From Octopus vulgaris (taxonomy: Eukaryota): a stretch of 64,000 nucleotides of DNA. A program made the translations under genes and the position numbers. Numbering within the stretch: position 1 is the stretch's first letter; every line of letters begins with the position of its first letter. Positions 29,589-44,095 of the stretch are shown piece by piece. A model generated the notes under the pieces. The model was not told the origin of the DNA. It saw nothing but the letters and a program-made list of their open reading frames with translations, and did not search any database. Location of the stretch: positions 29,202,001-29,266,000 of the forward strand of contig OX597834.1 of assembly GCA_951406725.2 (NCBI GenBank), in the 5' to 3' direction.

Positions 29589-30661
29589 TACATATATATA
29601 TATACATGCGCATATATATATATATATATATATACATGTGCATATATATATATATATACACTCCACATGCATGTGTGCTCGTGTATGTGTGTGAATTTAT
29701 GAACGCTTTGCTAAACCTCAAAACTTTTCTTCTCCCCATTTCCCATCTCTGTCTATGTATTTATCTCTCTCTCTCTCTCTCTCTGTCTGTCTGCCTGTTT
29801 GTCTGTCTTTCTATTTGTCTATCTTGTTTTTCTACCCATATGTGTGTGTGTGTTTATATATATATATATAATATATATCTTTTCATATCATTCATATACG
29901 GATGAACATAAAACACATAGCACACGCACACACACATACACACACACACATAATATATTCAGTCATGTTCACCACACACACACTTAATATTCTCAGCACG
30001 CATGCACACACACACACATGCACAAACTGACACACACACATATACACACACCTCATCACATTCTCTATAACACACACCAGATCTGCTTCTATGCTACTCT
30101 GCTGTACCACAAAGCCTAAAACATGACACACATTATTGTTTCCAAAATAAGCAAATATCATTGGCTGAGAGGATTTAGCATAAGTCAAGGAGTCAGCCAA
30201 TCAAAGATAACAATAGCTCACCGATTGGCTAATCAAAAATTATCTGGATTTTCTAGTGTTGGTTTAAATGGAAATTGAATGTTAGATAATTGCACATGAA
30301 GTTTTATGGTTATTAGCATATGACAGGTTCAGTTCTTGAGCAGGTGATTTTGGTATTTATACATGTATTGTGGGTGTTTTTTTTTATTTATACATGTATT
30401 GTGAGTGTTTTTTTTTATTATAATATTAATATTTTATTATTTTTTTATTGTTATTAATTATTTAATTATTACACTGGTTGACAAAATTCATATATATAAC
30501 TTATAGAAAACTATATGCATATATGAATATATATATTTATAAATATTCATAAATATAAATACATACATACACACACACATATATATATATATATACACAC
30601 ACATATACATATATACATGGAGTGAGACAGAGAAAGAGGTGCATGTCAATCTCTCTCTTTA

Positions 30662-30692
<31 letters not shown>

Positions 30693-30708
30693 ATTTATCT
30701 ATCTATCC

Positions 30709-30792
<84 letters not shown>

Positions 30793-30824
30793 CTGTCTCT
30801 CTCTCTCTCTCTATATATTATATA

Positions 30825-30995
30825 ACGACAGACGTTCTGAGTTCAAATTCTGCCGCGGTCAACTTTGCCTTTCATCCTCTCGGGGTCGATAAATAAATTA
30901 CCAGTTTCGCTCTGGGACGATATAATCGACTAAATCCCTTTGTCTGTCCTTGTTTGTCCCCTCTATGTTTAGCCCCTTGTGGGTAGTAAAGAAAT
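30825..30995 (+). mobile_element. SINE family B, 5'-truncated
   Basis: Runs from the B box to the tail. Confidence 0.8.
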
Positions 30996-31267
30996 ATATA
31001 TATATATATATATAGACGTAGGCATATACATCTGATATATGTGTGCATGTACATTTATGTGTGTGTGTGTGCATGTATATAATTGCATGTCTGTGCATAG
31101 ATGAAAATGTATATACATATATATGTATATTCATATACATCTATATACATTCATGGCTGTATTTTACTTAAGTTGTTTAGCTGTCATGGCTAAAGCCAGT
31201 GAAGGGATTGCCTTTCTGCATATATGCATCTATGTGTGTGTTTATCTATATATAAGTATAAATATAT

Positions 31268-31428
31268 ATGCAGGAGTGGCTGTGTGGTAAGTAGCTTGCT
31301 TACCAACTACATGGTCCCAGGTTCAGTCCAACTGTGTGGCACCTTTAGCAAGTGTCTTCTACTAAAGCCTCGTGCTGACCAAAGCCTTGTCATTGGATTT
31401 GGTAAACAGAAACTGAATGAAGCCTGTC

Positions 31429-31485
<57 letters not shown>

Positions 31486-31645
31486 GTGTGCCTTTGTGGC
31501 TGTGTTTGTTTCCTACCCCATTGCTTGATTATTGATGTTGGTTTGTTTGTGTCCCCCATAATTTAGCGGATCGATCTGCTCAACTAAAGATGGTGCTCCA
31601 GCATGGCCAGTCAAATGAGTGAAACAAGTAAAAGAATAAAAGAAT
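31268..31645 (+). mobile_element. SINE family A, diverged with an internal deletion
   Basis: Head and tail are present, but the gaataagtac segment is missing. Confidence 0.75.
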
Positions 31646-31656
31646 ATATATATATA

Positions 31657-31826
31657 GGTGCAGGAATGGCTATGTGGTAAGTAGCTTGTTAACCAACCAC
31701 ATGGTTCCGGGTTCAGTCCCACTGCGTGGCATCTTGGGCAAGTGTCTTCTGCTATAGCCCCGGGCCGACCAATGCCTTGTGAGTGGATTTGGTAGACGGA
31801 AACTGAAAGAAGCCTGTCGTATATAT

Positions 31827-31857
<31 letters not shown>

Positions 31858-32078
31858 CGTGTGTGTTTGTGTGTCTGTGTTTGTCCCCCTAGCATTGCTT
31901 GACAACCGATGCTGGTGTGTTTACGTCCCCGTTACTTAGCGGTCGGTAAAAGAGACCAATAAAATAAGTACTGGGCTTACAAAGAATAAGTCCCAGGGTT
32001 GATTTGCTCAACTAAAAGGCGGTGCTCCAGCATGGCCGCAGTCAAATGACTGAAACAAGTAAAAGAGTAAAAGAGAGA
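31657..32078 (+). mobile_element. SINE family A
   Basis: Full-length match. Confidence 0.9.
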
Positions 32079-32144
32079 GATATTGATATATAAGTGTGTA
32101 TTTTTTGTGGTTTGAAGATCTGACATACACACAAACGTATATAC

Positions 32145-32197
<53 letters not shown>

Positions 32198-32284
32198 GGG
32201 CCTCTTTTAGTTTCCGTCAACCAAGTCCACTCACAAGGCTTGACTTGAGTCCAATGATTTGAACAAGTAAAAAAAACATAGAAG

Positions 32285-32330
<46 letters not shown>

Positions 32331-32607
32331 ATGTGTGTGTATGTGTAAACAGGTCTGGAAATAGCTGAACACAGAGCTGGCTTCACTGATGATAGCAACA
32401 GAAATTGCCAAAACTTACACCTCAGTCTTAAGAATTCTTGGTCAGTAGTTTTCGGACAATAATATTCCCATTCATGTGAGTTAACTACACCATTAGAGTA
32501 TTTTAGTTCTTATTTCTAGCAATGTAGGTGTTTCTTAACACCCAAGTCACATTTAGTGACAATTATAATTCTCCTTTTTGGCGAAACATTAATTTTGTTT
32601 GTTTTTT

Positions 32608-32646
32608 TGTATGTATGTATGTTTGTATGTATGTATGTATGTGTGT

Positions 32647-32682
<36 letters not shown>

Positions 32683-32727
32683 GTGTATGTATGTATGTAT
32701 GTATGTATGTATGTGTATGTATGTATG

Positions 32728-32766
<39 letters not shown>

Positions 32767-33016
32767 ATGTGTGTGTGTGTGTGTATGTATTTATGTATGT
32801 ATGTATGTATGTATGTATGTATGTATGTATGTGTGTGTGTATGTATGTATGTGTGTGTGTGTATGTATATATATATATGTGTATGTATATATGTATGTAT
32901 GTATGTATGTGTGTATGTGTGTGTGTATGTATGTATGTATGTATGTATGTATGTATGTGTGTATGTGTGTGTGTATGTATGTATGTATGTATGTATGTAT
33001 ATGTATGTATGTATGT
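32608..33016. repeat. (TATG)n/(TG)n microsatellite
   Basis: Seen directly in the sequence. Confidence 0.95.
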
Positions 33017-33489
33017 AAGTGCATATGTATACCCACATACATTCTCTTGAATGACAGGCTTTGGTACAGTTACCCTTGTACCAAATGTCACTATCTATCA
33101 ATCAGTCTTTCTGTCTCTGTCTCTCTGTCTCTCTGTCTCTCTCCCCTTAAAAATATGTATATGAATATATTTGGGTGTGTTTATCTCGCTATCTCTATGT
33201 CTTGCAATCTATTTTCTTCTCCTTTTTTTTTCCATTCTCACCCCCACCCCATCCTCATTCCCCTGACTATTTTTTATCCCCTGACTCTATTTCCTAACCC
33301 TAACCCTAACCCTAAACCTAATCCTTTTAATCCCTTCCAACATCCCTATTTTGTCTTAATTGAATCAACACCATTTACATTACCTATATTATCATCTGTC
33401 ACCCTTGTGGCAAATAATAAAAAAACAATTATCATTCTTCTTCTTCTTCTGCTTTTCATATTATTGTTGCTGTTATTGTTGTTATTAAT

Positions 33490-33505
33490 GTCGCCGTCGT
33501 CATCG

Positions 33506-33536
<31 letters not shown>

Positions 33537-33727
33537 CATCACCATTACCATCACCATCACCATCATCATCATCATCATCACCATCACCATCACCATCACC
33601 ATCATCACCATCACCATCACCATCATCATCACCATCATCATCATCACCATCACCATCACCATCACCATTACCACCATCACCATCACCATCACCATCACCA
33701 CCATCACCATCACCATCACCATCATCG

Positions 33728-33760
<33 letters not shown>

Positions 33761-33801
33761 CCATCACCATCATCACCATCATCACCATCACCATCACCAA
33801 T

Positions 33802-33843
<42 letters not shown>

Positions 33844-33844
33844 G
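33490..33844. repeat. (CAT)n/(CACCAT)n microsatellite
   Basis: Seen directly in the sequence. Confidence 0.95.
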
Positions 33845-34485
33845 TTGCATTCTGGCTGAATTGCTACCAATCTGGACAAAAAGTTCAGCAGCTCAGCAAG
33901 TATTTCTTCTGAACCTTTACATTCTGAGTTCAAATTTTGCCAAAGGTCGACTTTGGTTTTTTTCCTTTCAGGGTCAATAAAATAATGTAGCAGTCACAGC
34001 CTGGGGTTGATCTAATCAACAAGCCCCATCCCACCAAAAATTTCAGGCCTTATGCCTTTGGTAGAAGAAATGTACCAGGGAAACACCGGGGTCAATGTAA
34101 TTGACCAGTCCCCTCCCCCCAAGCCTTGCAGGCCTTGTGCTTTTAGTTGAAAAGATTCTTCTTCTTATTATTATTGATGTTCATGTTGTTAGTGATGTTG
34201 TTGTTGCTGTTGTGGTTTTAGTATTATAATCATTGTCAATTTTTCTAATTGAATTACAGGTGACACGGGATCAGGTGGGTGGAAAGAGCTTTCAGAGACA
34301 GATGAAGAGATTAGGAAGGACAGAGAGGTGGGGAGGGGAGGAGAAAGAACGAGAGTGAAAAAGAAAGATGAATGAATAGAGAGAAAGATTGATTGAGAGA
34401 GAGAAGAAAAGAGAGAGAAAGGGAGACAGAATGAAAGTGAAAGAAAAAGACGGCTGGGTAAATGAAGAGACAGATACACAGGAAA

Positions 34486-34528
<43 letters not shown>

Positions 34529-34644
34529 TGGACTGATAGATAGATAGAAACATAGAATGAAAATGAGAGAGAGAGAGAGAGAGAGAGAGGGAGAAGTTAG
34601 GTAATAGTTGGTAGAGGGATTAATTGATAAGTTTTTAAGTATGT

Positions 34645-34806
34645 GGAAGGTAAGAAGCTTGCTTCTCAACCACATGGTTCCAGGTTCGATCCCACTGCGT
34701 GACACTTTGGGCAAGTTTCTTCTACGATAGCTCCAGGCGGACCAAAACCATGAGAGTGAATTTTGTAGTCAGAAACTGAAAGAAGCTCATCGTATATGTG
34801 CACACA

Positions 34807-34844
<38 letters not shown>

Positions 34845-35620
34845 CGTGCGTGTGTGTGTGTCTTTGTGTCTGCGTTTGTCTCCTGTCACCACTTGAGAAC
34901 TGGTGTTGGTGTGTTTATGTCCCTACGACAAAAGGTGGCGAGCTGGCAGAAACGTTAGCATGCTGGGTGAAATGCTTAGCGGTATTTCGTCTGTTGTTAC
35001 TTTCTGAGTTCAAATTCCGCCAGGGTCGACTTTGCCTTTCATCCTTTCGGAGTTGATAAATAAAGTACCAGTTTCGCACTGGGGTTGATGTAATCGACTT
35101 AATCCCTTTGTTTGTCCTTGTTTGTCCCCTCTATGTTTAGCCCCTTGTGGGCAGTAAAGAAATATATGTCTCTATGACTTAGTGGTTTGGCAAAAAGAGT
35201 CTGATCGAATAAGTACCAGGCTTAAGAAAAGAATAAGTATAGAGGTTGACTCATTCAACAGAAAATTCTTCAAGGCAGTGCCCCAGTATGGCCACAGTCT
35301 AATGAGTGAAACAAGTATAAGATAAGAAAAAGTAGGAAGCAATAAAAAGAAGCCTGTCGTATATATGTATACATATATATATATATGTGTGTGTGTGTGT
35401 GTTTGTGTGAGTGTGTTTGTCCCCCTAGCATTGCTTGACAACCGATGCTGGTGTGTTTACGTCCCCGTCACTTAGCGGTTCGGCAAAAGAGACCGATAGA
35501 ATAAGTACTGGGCTTACAAAGAATAAGTCCCGGGGTCGAGTTGCTCGACTAAAGGCGGTGCTCCAGCATGGCCGGAGTCAAATGACTGAAACAAGTATAA
35601 GAGTATAAGAGTAAAAGAGA
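34645..35620 (+). mobile_element. Nested SINE cluster: an old family A copy interrupted by family B (34932-35165), followed by the 3' half of a young family A copy (35348-35620)
   Basis: The family A sequence breaks at gtttatgtccct and resumes at tgacttagtggtttggcaaaa after the family B copy. Confidence 0.75.
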
Positions 35621-36254
35621 GATGGGTGCAAAAGACAGGCTGATAGATATTGAGAGAGGTGGGGAGAAGGAGATACGGAAAGAAAGAGAGAGAGAGAGTG
35701 TAGCTGAGAAATGCCATGAAGACTGAGAAGAAAAGAAAGATGCAGAAAGGACGAGAAGAAAAGAGAGAAGGATTTGAAGAAGCTGAGAGATTAGGAAGGG
35801 ACAACGAAGAAAATGGAAGGAAAGAAACAGAAATAGGGGAAAACAAACATAAACAAAATAAATACATAAGTTTAAAGAAATAGAATTAATATTGAAAGAA
35901 AAAAGAAACAAGCAGAAGGTAACAAAATATAAATACAAATATAAAAAAAGGCAAAATAAAAAAAGGAAAAAAGGGGAAAGAAAGGACTAAGGCTGTGTAA
36001 GGGGAGAAAAAGTTGTATGAAAAATAATGAAAAGTTTGCAGGACTTTCTTGATCTCCTAATGAAAAAGAGCTCCTATTGTCCACGGTTATAATCCCTTTT
36101 TCTTGACTACAGATTAGGGAGGTGAGGTATTAAAATTGGAGAGATGGCTGGCTGGCTGGGTAGATAGATTGACAGATGGATGGAGAGACAGATAGATACA
36201 TACATATAAAGATATGTACATCATGGTCTTTATCTCTCTCTCTCTCTGACTCTG

Positions 36255-36295
<41 letters not shown>

Positions 36296-36403
36296 GCACA
36301 CACATGTGTACATATAAATATGCATGTTTTATATATATATATATGTGTGAGTGTCATTATCATACACACTTTCTTTTTGCATATATATATATATATATAT
36401 GTA

Positions 36404-36441
<38 letters not shown>

Positions 36442-36544
36442 TGAGTGTGTGTGTGTGAGCATGTGTCAGAAAGAGAGAGAGAGGTTCAAAGGTTGAGGAG
36501 AAAATTAAGGAGAGACTCAGATGAGATATTTTTTGTTAAAAAAT

Positions 36545-36632
<88 letters not shown>

Positions 36633-37092
36633 GCAATAAGAAAAAGCCCCAAAACCAAAAAGGGTAAAAGTAATAAAAAAAAGAGAAAAAAATCTTGTAG
36701 AACTTTGTTGATCTTCTAATGAAGAAGAGTTTACAAATATCCAACAATTATAATCCCTTTTTCTTGACTGCTCCAGATTAGAAGGTGAAAGGGGCTTCAG
36801 AGCCAAGGTATCCCCCACCACCAGATTAAAAACACCATCAGTCTCTTCTTCTCTTCTTTGAAAAACTAAGACTTTCTCAACATAATGATACATGTTGTTG
36901 TTGTTGCTGTTGTTGATATTGTTCTGTTAGTTTATGTCTTTTTATGTAATTATGTTTACATCCTATATGTGTGTGTGTGTGTGTGTGTGCATGTCCCCCT
37001 TTTTTGGCTTTTATAGAAACATTTTATTTGTTTTTTAAATGTTATAATTTTTGCATTGTTTATTTAGTTTCTTCCTTTATATTTGTTTGTTT

Positions 37093-37145
<53 letters not shown>

Positions 37146-37147
37146 TA

Positions 37148-37215
<68 letters not shown>

Positions 37216-37230
37216 CATATATGCATATAC

Positions 37231-37319
<89 letters not shown>

Positions 37320-37322
<3 letters not shown>

Positions 37323-37632
37323 AGGTGCAATGGCCCAGTGGTTAGGGCAGCGGATTCGCGGTTGTAGGATTGCGGTTTCGATTCCCAGACTGGGCGTTGT
37401 GAGTGTTTATTGAGCGAAAACACCTAAAAGCTCCATGAGGCTCTGGCAGGAGGTGGTGGCGGTCCCTGCTGTACTCTTTCACCACAACTTTCTCTCACTC
37501 TTTCTATTGTTGGCCTGCTCGCTTAGCCAGCGAGGTGGCGTCATTTGAAGGCTAAAACAATGCGAAGCGCATTGTGATCAGCGACGTGTAGCAACATCTG
37601 ATAGCCTGGTCGGTCACGGTGATCATGGTGAT
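37320..37632 (+). mobile_element. tRNA-derived SINE family C
   Basis: A box tggcccagtgg and B box ggtttcgattcc. The first ~180 bp are shared with 49919-50100. Confidence 0.75.
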
Positions 37633-37728
37633 ATATATATATATGTATGTATTTATATATCTATATATATATATGATATATGTCTATACATCTGGACAGA
37701 TGGATGATTATTATCATTATTATTATTG

Positions 37729-38055
37729 AAGGCAGCGAGCTGGCAGAACCATTAATGTGTTGGGCAAGATACTTAGTGGCATTTCATTCATCTCTATGTT
37801 CCGAGTTCAAATTCTGCTGAGGTCAACTTTGCCTTTCATCCTTTTGGGGTTGATAAATTAAGTACCAGTCAAGACTACTGGGGTTGATGTAATCAACTAT
37901 CCCTCTCCCCACAAATTCCAGGTCTTGTGCCTCAACTTTGCCTTTCATCCTTTCTGGCTTCATAAAATAAGGACCAGTTGAACACTGGGGTCAAAGTAAT
38001 CAACTAGTCCCCTTCCCCAAAATTTCAGGCCTTGTGCTTATGGTAGAAAGGATTA
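37729..38055 (+). mobile_element. Older SINE family B variant with a duplicated 3' module. Similar old copies lie at ~3478-3645, 21003-21235, 33880-34155 and 55689-55910.
   Basis: Same head and central domain with an alternative tail (caggccttgtgc...gaaaggattatt). Confidence 0.7.
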
Positions 38056-38279
38056 TCATCATCCTAGGGCTATATTTGAAGAAGCTTGCTGAAGCTATTC
38101 TGCTGTGGGATTGAACCCAAAGTCATGTGGTTGCAAAACAAGCATCTTAACTACACAGTCATGCTTGTGCCAACCTTTTTCATATGAACTTGTCTGCAAT
38201 TACCTCTGCTTTTCTGATACAAACTTTCAGGTTTAAACTGATCTAAGTTAAATCTTTCCATCAAAATTTCATGTTATTT

Positions 38280-38282
<3 letters not shown>

Positions 38283-38322
<40 letters not shown>

Positions 38323-38540
38323 GTTTAGCGTCCGCTTTCCATGCTAGCATGAGTTGGACGGTTCAACTGGGGTCTGGTAAGCCAGGAGGATGCACCAGGC
38401 TCCAGTCTGATCTGGCAGAGTTTCTACAGCTGGATGCCCTTCCTAATGCCAACCACTCCGTGAGTGTAGTGGGTGCTTTTTACATGCCAGATGAGGCTGT
38501 CAACGGCCACAATCGGTTGGTGCCTTTTATGTGCCACGGG
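38283..38540 (-). mobile_element. RTE LINE 3' end fragment
   Basis: (CAT)n tail and the same 3' UTR motifs. Confidence 0.7.
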
Positions 38541-38707
38541 CACGTTCTACACAATGTTCTACACAATAATGTGCCAATAATAACAAAATTATTTTATCAA
38601 ATTCTTCATTATTTTTTATATTAGTGTCTTTCAAGAAAAATATTGGCAACAAAAGAATTAAAATGATCTGAATTAAAACCTTCCATTCAAATTCCAAGTT
38701 AATTTTA

Positions 38708-39124
38708 GGCGTAGGAGTGGCTGTGTGGTAAGTAGCTTGCTAACCAACCACATGGTTCCGGGTTCAGTCCCACTGCATGGCATCTTGGGCAAGTGTCTTC
38801 TGCTATAGCCCCGGGCTGACCAATGTCTTGTGAGTGGATTTGGTAGACGGAAACTGAAAGAAGCCTGTCGTATATATGTATATATATATATGTGTGTATA
38901 TGTGTTTGTGTGTCTGTGTTTGTCCCCCTAGCATTGCTTGACAACCGATGCTGGTGTGTTTACGTCCCCGTCACTTAGTGGTTCGGCAAAAGAGACCGAT
39001 AGAATAAGTACTGGGCTTACAAAAAGAATAAGTCCCGGGGTCGATTTGCTCGACTAAAGGCGGTGCTCCAGCATGGCCGCAGTCAAATGACTGAAACAAG
39101 TAAAAGAGTAAAAGAGTAAAGAGT
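38708..39124 (+). mobile_element. SINE family A
   Basis: Full-length match. Confidence 0.9.
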
Positions 39125-39331
39125 ATTCCAAACACCAGTTTAATAAGGACAAAGTCATTTTACTAAATTGTTTATTAGTTTCAAAATTTTTGAAACCAAG
39201 TCTGTGTATTTCAATAGAAATACAGCAACAAAAGGGTAAGATTTTTACTTGTTCACCAGTTTAACGTAGAATTGGAATCACCAAATTTCATTCCAGCAGC
39301 TGAAGAAAATTGATTAATGAGATCCTTTTGC

Positions 39332-39753
39332 TTTTTGATGGATTTAACTTTCTACCCATAGAGTTCTTGGTAGTCTTTTTCAGATTTATTTTTAAAACAC
39401 CTATGCTTTTTGTGACCAGGTATGACATTGGGGTTAATGAGAAGACAGAAAGCATTAAAGGTGGTATATATGTGTTTTTTGATGGATTTAACTTTCTACC
39501 CATAGAGTTCTTGGTAGTCTTTTTCAGATTTATTTTTAAAACACCTATGCTTTTTGTGACCAGGTATGACATTGGGGTTAATGAGAAGACAGAAAGCATT
39601 AAAGGTGGTATATATGTGTTTTTTGATGGATTTAACTTTCTACCCATAGAGTTCTTGGTAGTCTTTTTCAGATTTATTTTTAAAACACCTATGCTTTTTG
39701 TGACCAGGTATGACATTGGGGTTAATGAGAAGACAGAAAGCATTAAAGGTGGT

Positions 39754-39762
<9 letters not shown>
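39332..39762. repeat. Three tandem 144-bp units
   Basis: gatggatttaac recurs at 39337, 39481 and 39625, and the units look identical. Confidence 0.95.
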
Positions 39763-39806
<44 letters not shown>

Positions 39807-40342
39807 TATGTATGCATGTATGCCTGCATATTTGTGTGTGTATATATGTATGTATGTATGTAAATATGCATGTATGTATGTACATATGTATGTATATGCG
39901 TGTGTATGCTTGCTTGAATGCATGTATGGATGTGTGTATGTATGCATGATTATATCTATGCATACATATGTGCATGTAAGTATGTATAGTTGCACATGTA
40001 TATATAGGTATCTATGTACAAGTATGCATGCAAGTATATATATATATATATATATAGATCTGTGTGTGTGTATGTAGGTATGTGCATGATTGCATGTATG
40101 CATGTTTATATGTATGTAGGCACATATGCATGTAAAAGTATGTGCATACATCTGTATATGTATGCATGCGTCTATGTCTGTAGGGCATGCATGTATTTAT
40201 GTCTGTATGTATACATGTGTGTGAATGTGTGTACATACATATTGAAGTATGTATGCAATGTATATTTGCATAAATGCTTGTATATAAATATATATATATA
40301 TATATGTATGTATGTATGTATGTACAGAGAGAGAGAGATGTA

Positions 40343-40417
<75 letters not shown>

Positions 40418-40982
40418 TCAGCATCATTGAACATCTATGCTCCATGCATATATATGTGCACACATATATATGTGTGCATGTGTGTTTGTGTTTATGTATA
40501 TAGACATGTATGTATATACATATATATGCATGTATTGGGGATTGAAAAATAGATATCACTGAAAAAAATTTAAAAAAGAACTCTAAATCTCTCATCAATT
40601 TCCCTATCATTTATTCTGTTCAATAATATCCTGATAGGGTCACACCACATCTACCCCTACCAACATAGCCACACAACCACTACCCCTTAATTCAACATCC
40701 ACATATAATCAACCCCATTTCCACCCCTTCACCACCCTTGATGCTAAGTTTATAATTTTTCTTTTTCAGGTATTTTGTTAGAATTTATTTTAAATCTTTA
40801 TTCCTCTGGGTTGGTGTGAGTCTGTGGTTTAGTGTTTTAATGTTTTTTTTTATTTAATATGTGTATGTATATGTATGTGTATATGTATGTGTGTGTCTGT
40901 ATGTGTGTGTATTTAGCTATGTATGCAGTCAATATATGTCAATGTCTGAGTTTGTATATATGTTAGTGTATGTCACATATAT

Positions 40983-41028
<46 letters not shown>

Positions 41029-41050
41029 TATATATTTGTCTGTCTCCCCC

Positions 41051-41111
<61 letters not shown>

Positions 41112-41191
41112 TACATACATATATATATATTATTATATATGATAATATATATATAATATATATATAATAATTTAATATATATTATTATATA

Positions 41192-41229
<38 letters not shown>

Positions 41230-41562
41230 TACATAGATACATATATATATGTATATATATATATACACACACACATATATATACATACATACATGTATGT
41301 ATGTAACCATTGCATGTGCACATATTCTTTTTCCAGATAAATTCTTCCTTTGTTGATGATGGCAGTGGGTGAGGAAGGGGTGGGGTAGTAATGGTAGCGG
41401 GGTGGGAGGTGGGGGGCTGGCACACGTTTATTTATCAAGTTGAGCAGTATTTATCTTTTCCACCTACGTCGGAGAATATCCTCTTTTCTGTTTTTCTTTT
41501 CTATTTTGTCGTTTTAACAAACACATATATGTATATATATATCATCATATATATATGTATAT

Positions 41563-41605
<43 letters not shown>

Positions 41606-42291
41606 CATTTGTATATTTATATAGATGTGGTATATTTGTATATTTGTGTTGTGTGTATATATATATGTATACTGATATATAATGATATAGACATATATAT
41701 ACATATATATAAGTATGTATATATATATTTATGTTCATATGTATACACATACATCCATATATATATATATGTGTGAATGTGTATATGTATCTGTGTCTAT
41801 GTATCTGTGTCTATGTGCATGTATGTATACATATGCATGTATGTATACGTATGCCTGCATATATTTATACATTTGTTTGTGTTTGTTTGAAATTGCTTTC
41901 CCATTTTACCCCATTAATCCAGATGTCTCAAAGGATTGGATCCATAATTAAGATAGGGTATGGCCTGGGTGGTGCGGTGCGGGGTGGTTTTGTCTGTTGT
42001 GCGGTGGTGCAGTGTTGTGGTATGGGAATGATTTTGCAATTATCTTCAAAACAATGGACACCAAAACACAACATTATCTTCATCATCACCACCAACACCA
42101 CCAGGTCTATCAATGCAACCTGTCTTATGTTCATTATACAGACATACAGAAACACACACATACACATACATATATACACACACATATGTATATACATATG
42201 TGTGTGTGTGTGTTTGTAATATAAATGAGCACATACCCACACAGAGACATGTACACATATGCACACACACATATATACATTAGTGTGTGTA

Positions 42292-42339
<48 letters not shown>

Positions 42340-42412
42340 CACACACATGCATACATACCTACATACATACACATATATATATAGAGACAGATTGATAACT
42401 AGAAACAGATAC

Positions 42413-42579
<167 letters not shown>

Positions 42580-42618
42580 AATAGACTGACAGAAAGATAG
42601 ACTGAGAGACAGACAGAC

Positions 42619-42668
<50 letters not shown>

Positions 42669-43449
42669 GGGCGAGTGCAGTATTATTCTGAAAGGGTCAT
42701 CAGGGACCAGGTCTGGTTTTGCACCTTTATTTCATTTCTTGCTTATAACATTTGTTTTTTTTTTGTTTTTATTGTTCTTTTGCTTTCATTACTGTTATTG
42801 TTGTTGTAATTATTGTTATTGCTAGTGTTATTGTTGTTGCTGATGTTGTTGACACTGTTATTGCTCCTGATTTTTTTTTTCACAATTATGTTTAGTCAAT
42901 TCATTTTTGAAATTTTACTTTAATTAATTTTATTTTATTATTTCAAAACTGCTTCTACTTCCATTATTTATTTCTTATATCGGCCCCCACCCACCTTATC
43001 TGCTCTCTAACTCCTTTAACTATTTGCTAGCATACCCCTAGCTACTCCCTAGCTATCCTTAAACTACCCTCACCCACCTCCAAACTACCCCCAACCACCT
43101 CACTACTCCTAAACAAACTGCATGTCCCCTACATTACTCCTTAGCTCCCTATCCACCTCTAATTTACCATCCTAAAATACCCCTTAGCCTTCCTTAATTT
43201 CTTCCCTAACTACCTCTAAACTATCTCCTAGCTACCCCTAAACTGATACACCCAGCCATTCTAAGCAATCTCCTTAACATCCCTAAACCACTACTAAACT
43301 ATCCCTAACTACCCCTAAATACCCTTAAAATACCAACTAACCACCTCTGCTCTCTTCCCCCTTAACCACCTCTATATTACTTACCACCACATAGTAAACA
43401 AAACCCTTGTTTGCAAAAGTATGAAATGAAATCTGAAATAATAAATATA

Positions 43450-43682
43450 TATTTCTTTACTACCCACAAGGGGCTAAACACAGAGAGGACAAACAAGGAC
43501 AGACAAAGGGATTAAGTTGATTACATCGACTCCAGTGCATAACTGGTACTTAATTTATCGACCCCGAAAGGATGAAAGGGAAAGTCGACCTCAGCGGGAT
43601 TTGAACTCAGCACGTAACGACAGACGAAATATGGCTACGCATTTTGCCCAGCGTGCTAACGTTTCTGCCAGCTCGCCACCTT
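43450..43682 (-). mobile_element. SINE family B
   Basis: Reverse-complement full-length match. Confidence 0.85.
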
Positions 43683-43789
43683 GTAATAATAAATATAATG
43701 AAGTCACATGACCTATTTGTAAGAGGCATTGGGTTCGTGATTGAAAGATTGTGGTTTCACTTTCTGGATCAGGTGGCACTTTGTGAAAA

Positions 43790-44095
43790 CAATTGTAATC
43801 AGAGCCATTTTGCATTGCTTGTGGAGAAAAGGAGTGAGCGCAAGGGCAGCAACAAAAGAAAGTAAAGATGTGGAAGGCCCAGAAATGGTCAAAGAACACG
43901 TGGCACAAAACTGGTTTAGACATTTCAAGGCAGTTGGCACCAGCCTTGAAGATGAAACAGAAAGACCTTCTGTTGTGGAAGATGAGAACTTGCTTGAAAT
44001 GGTCGGACAACAGCACAAACACTTGTGCATTGTTGACTGAATTTGGTCCTTCACAAAGCACCATCAATCAACACCTCCATAATCTTGGCCTAGTA
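43790..44095 (+). mobile_element. Mariner transposase N-terminal HTH remnant
   Basis: IRAILHCLWRKGVSARAATKE...VAQNWFRHFKAVGTSLEDETERPS. Confidence 0.75.

Noticed and set aside
32528-33933. 443-aa Ser/Pro-rich and 195-aa Asp/Gly-rich ORFs
   Set aside because: They derive entirely from (TATG)n and (CAT)/(CAC) repeats.
37320-37400. SINE heads as functional tRNA genes
   Set aside because: The cloverleaf is incomplete and the sequence continues into a SINE body.
43010-43390. C-rich degenerate ctacccctaa region
   Set aside because: Low complexity with no consistent period. There is G-quadruplex potential on the minus strand, but nothing else supports a function.
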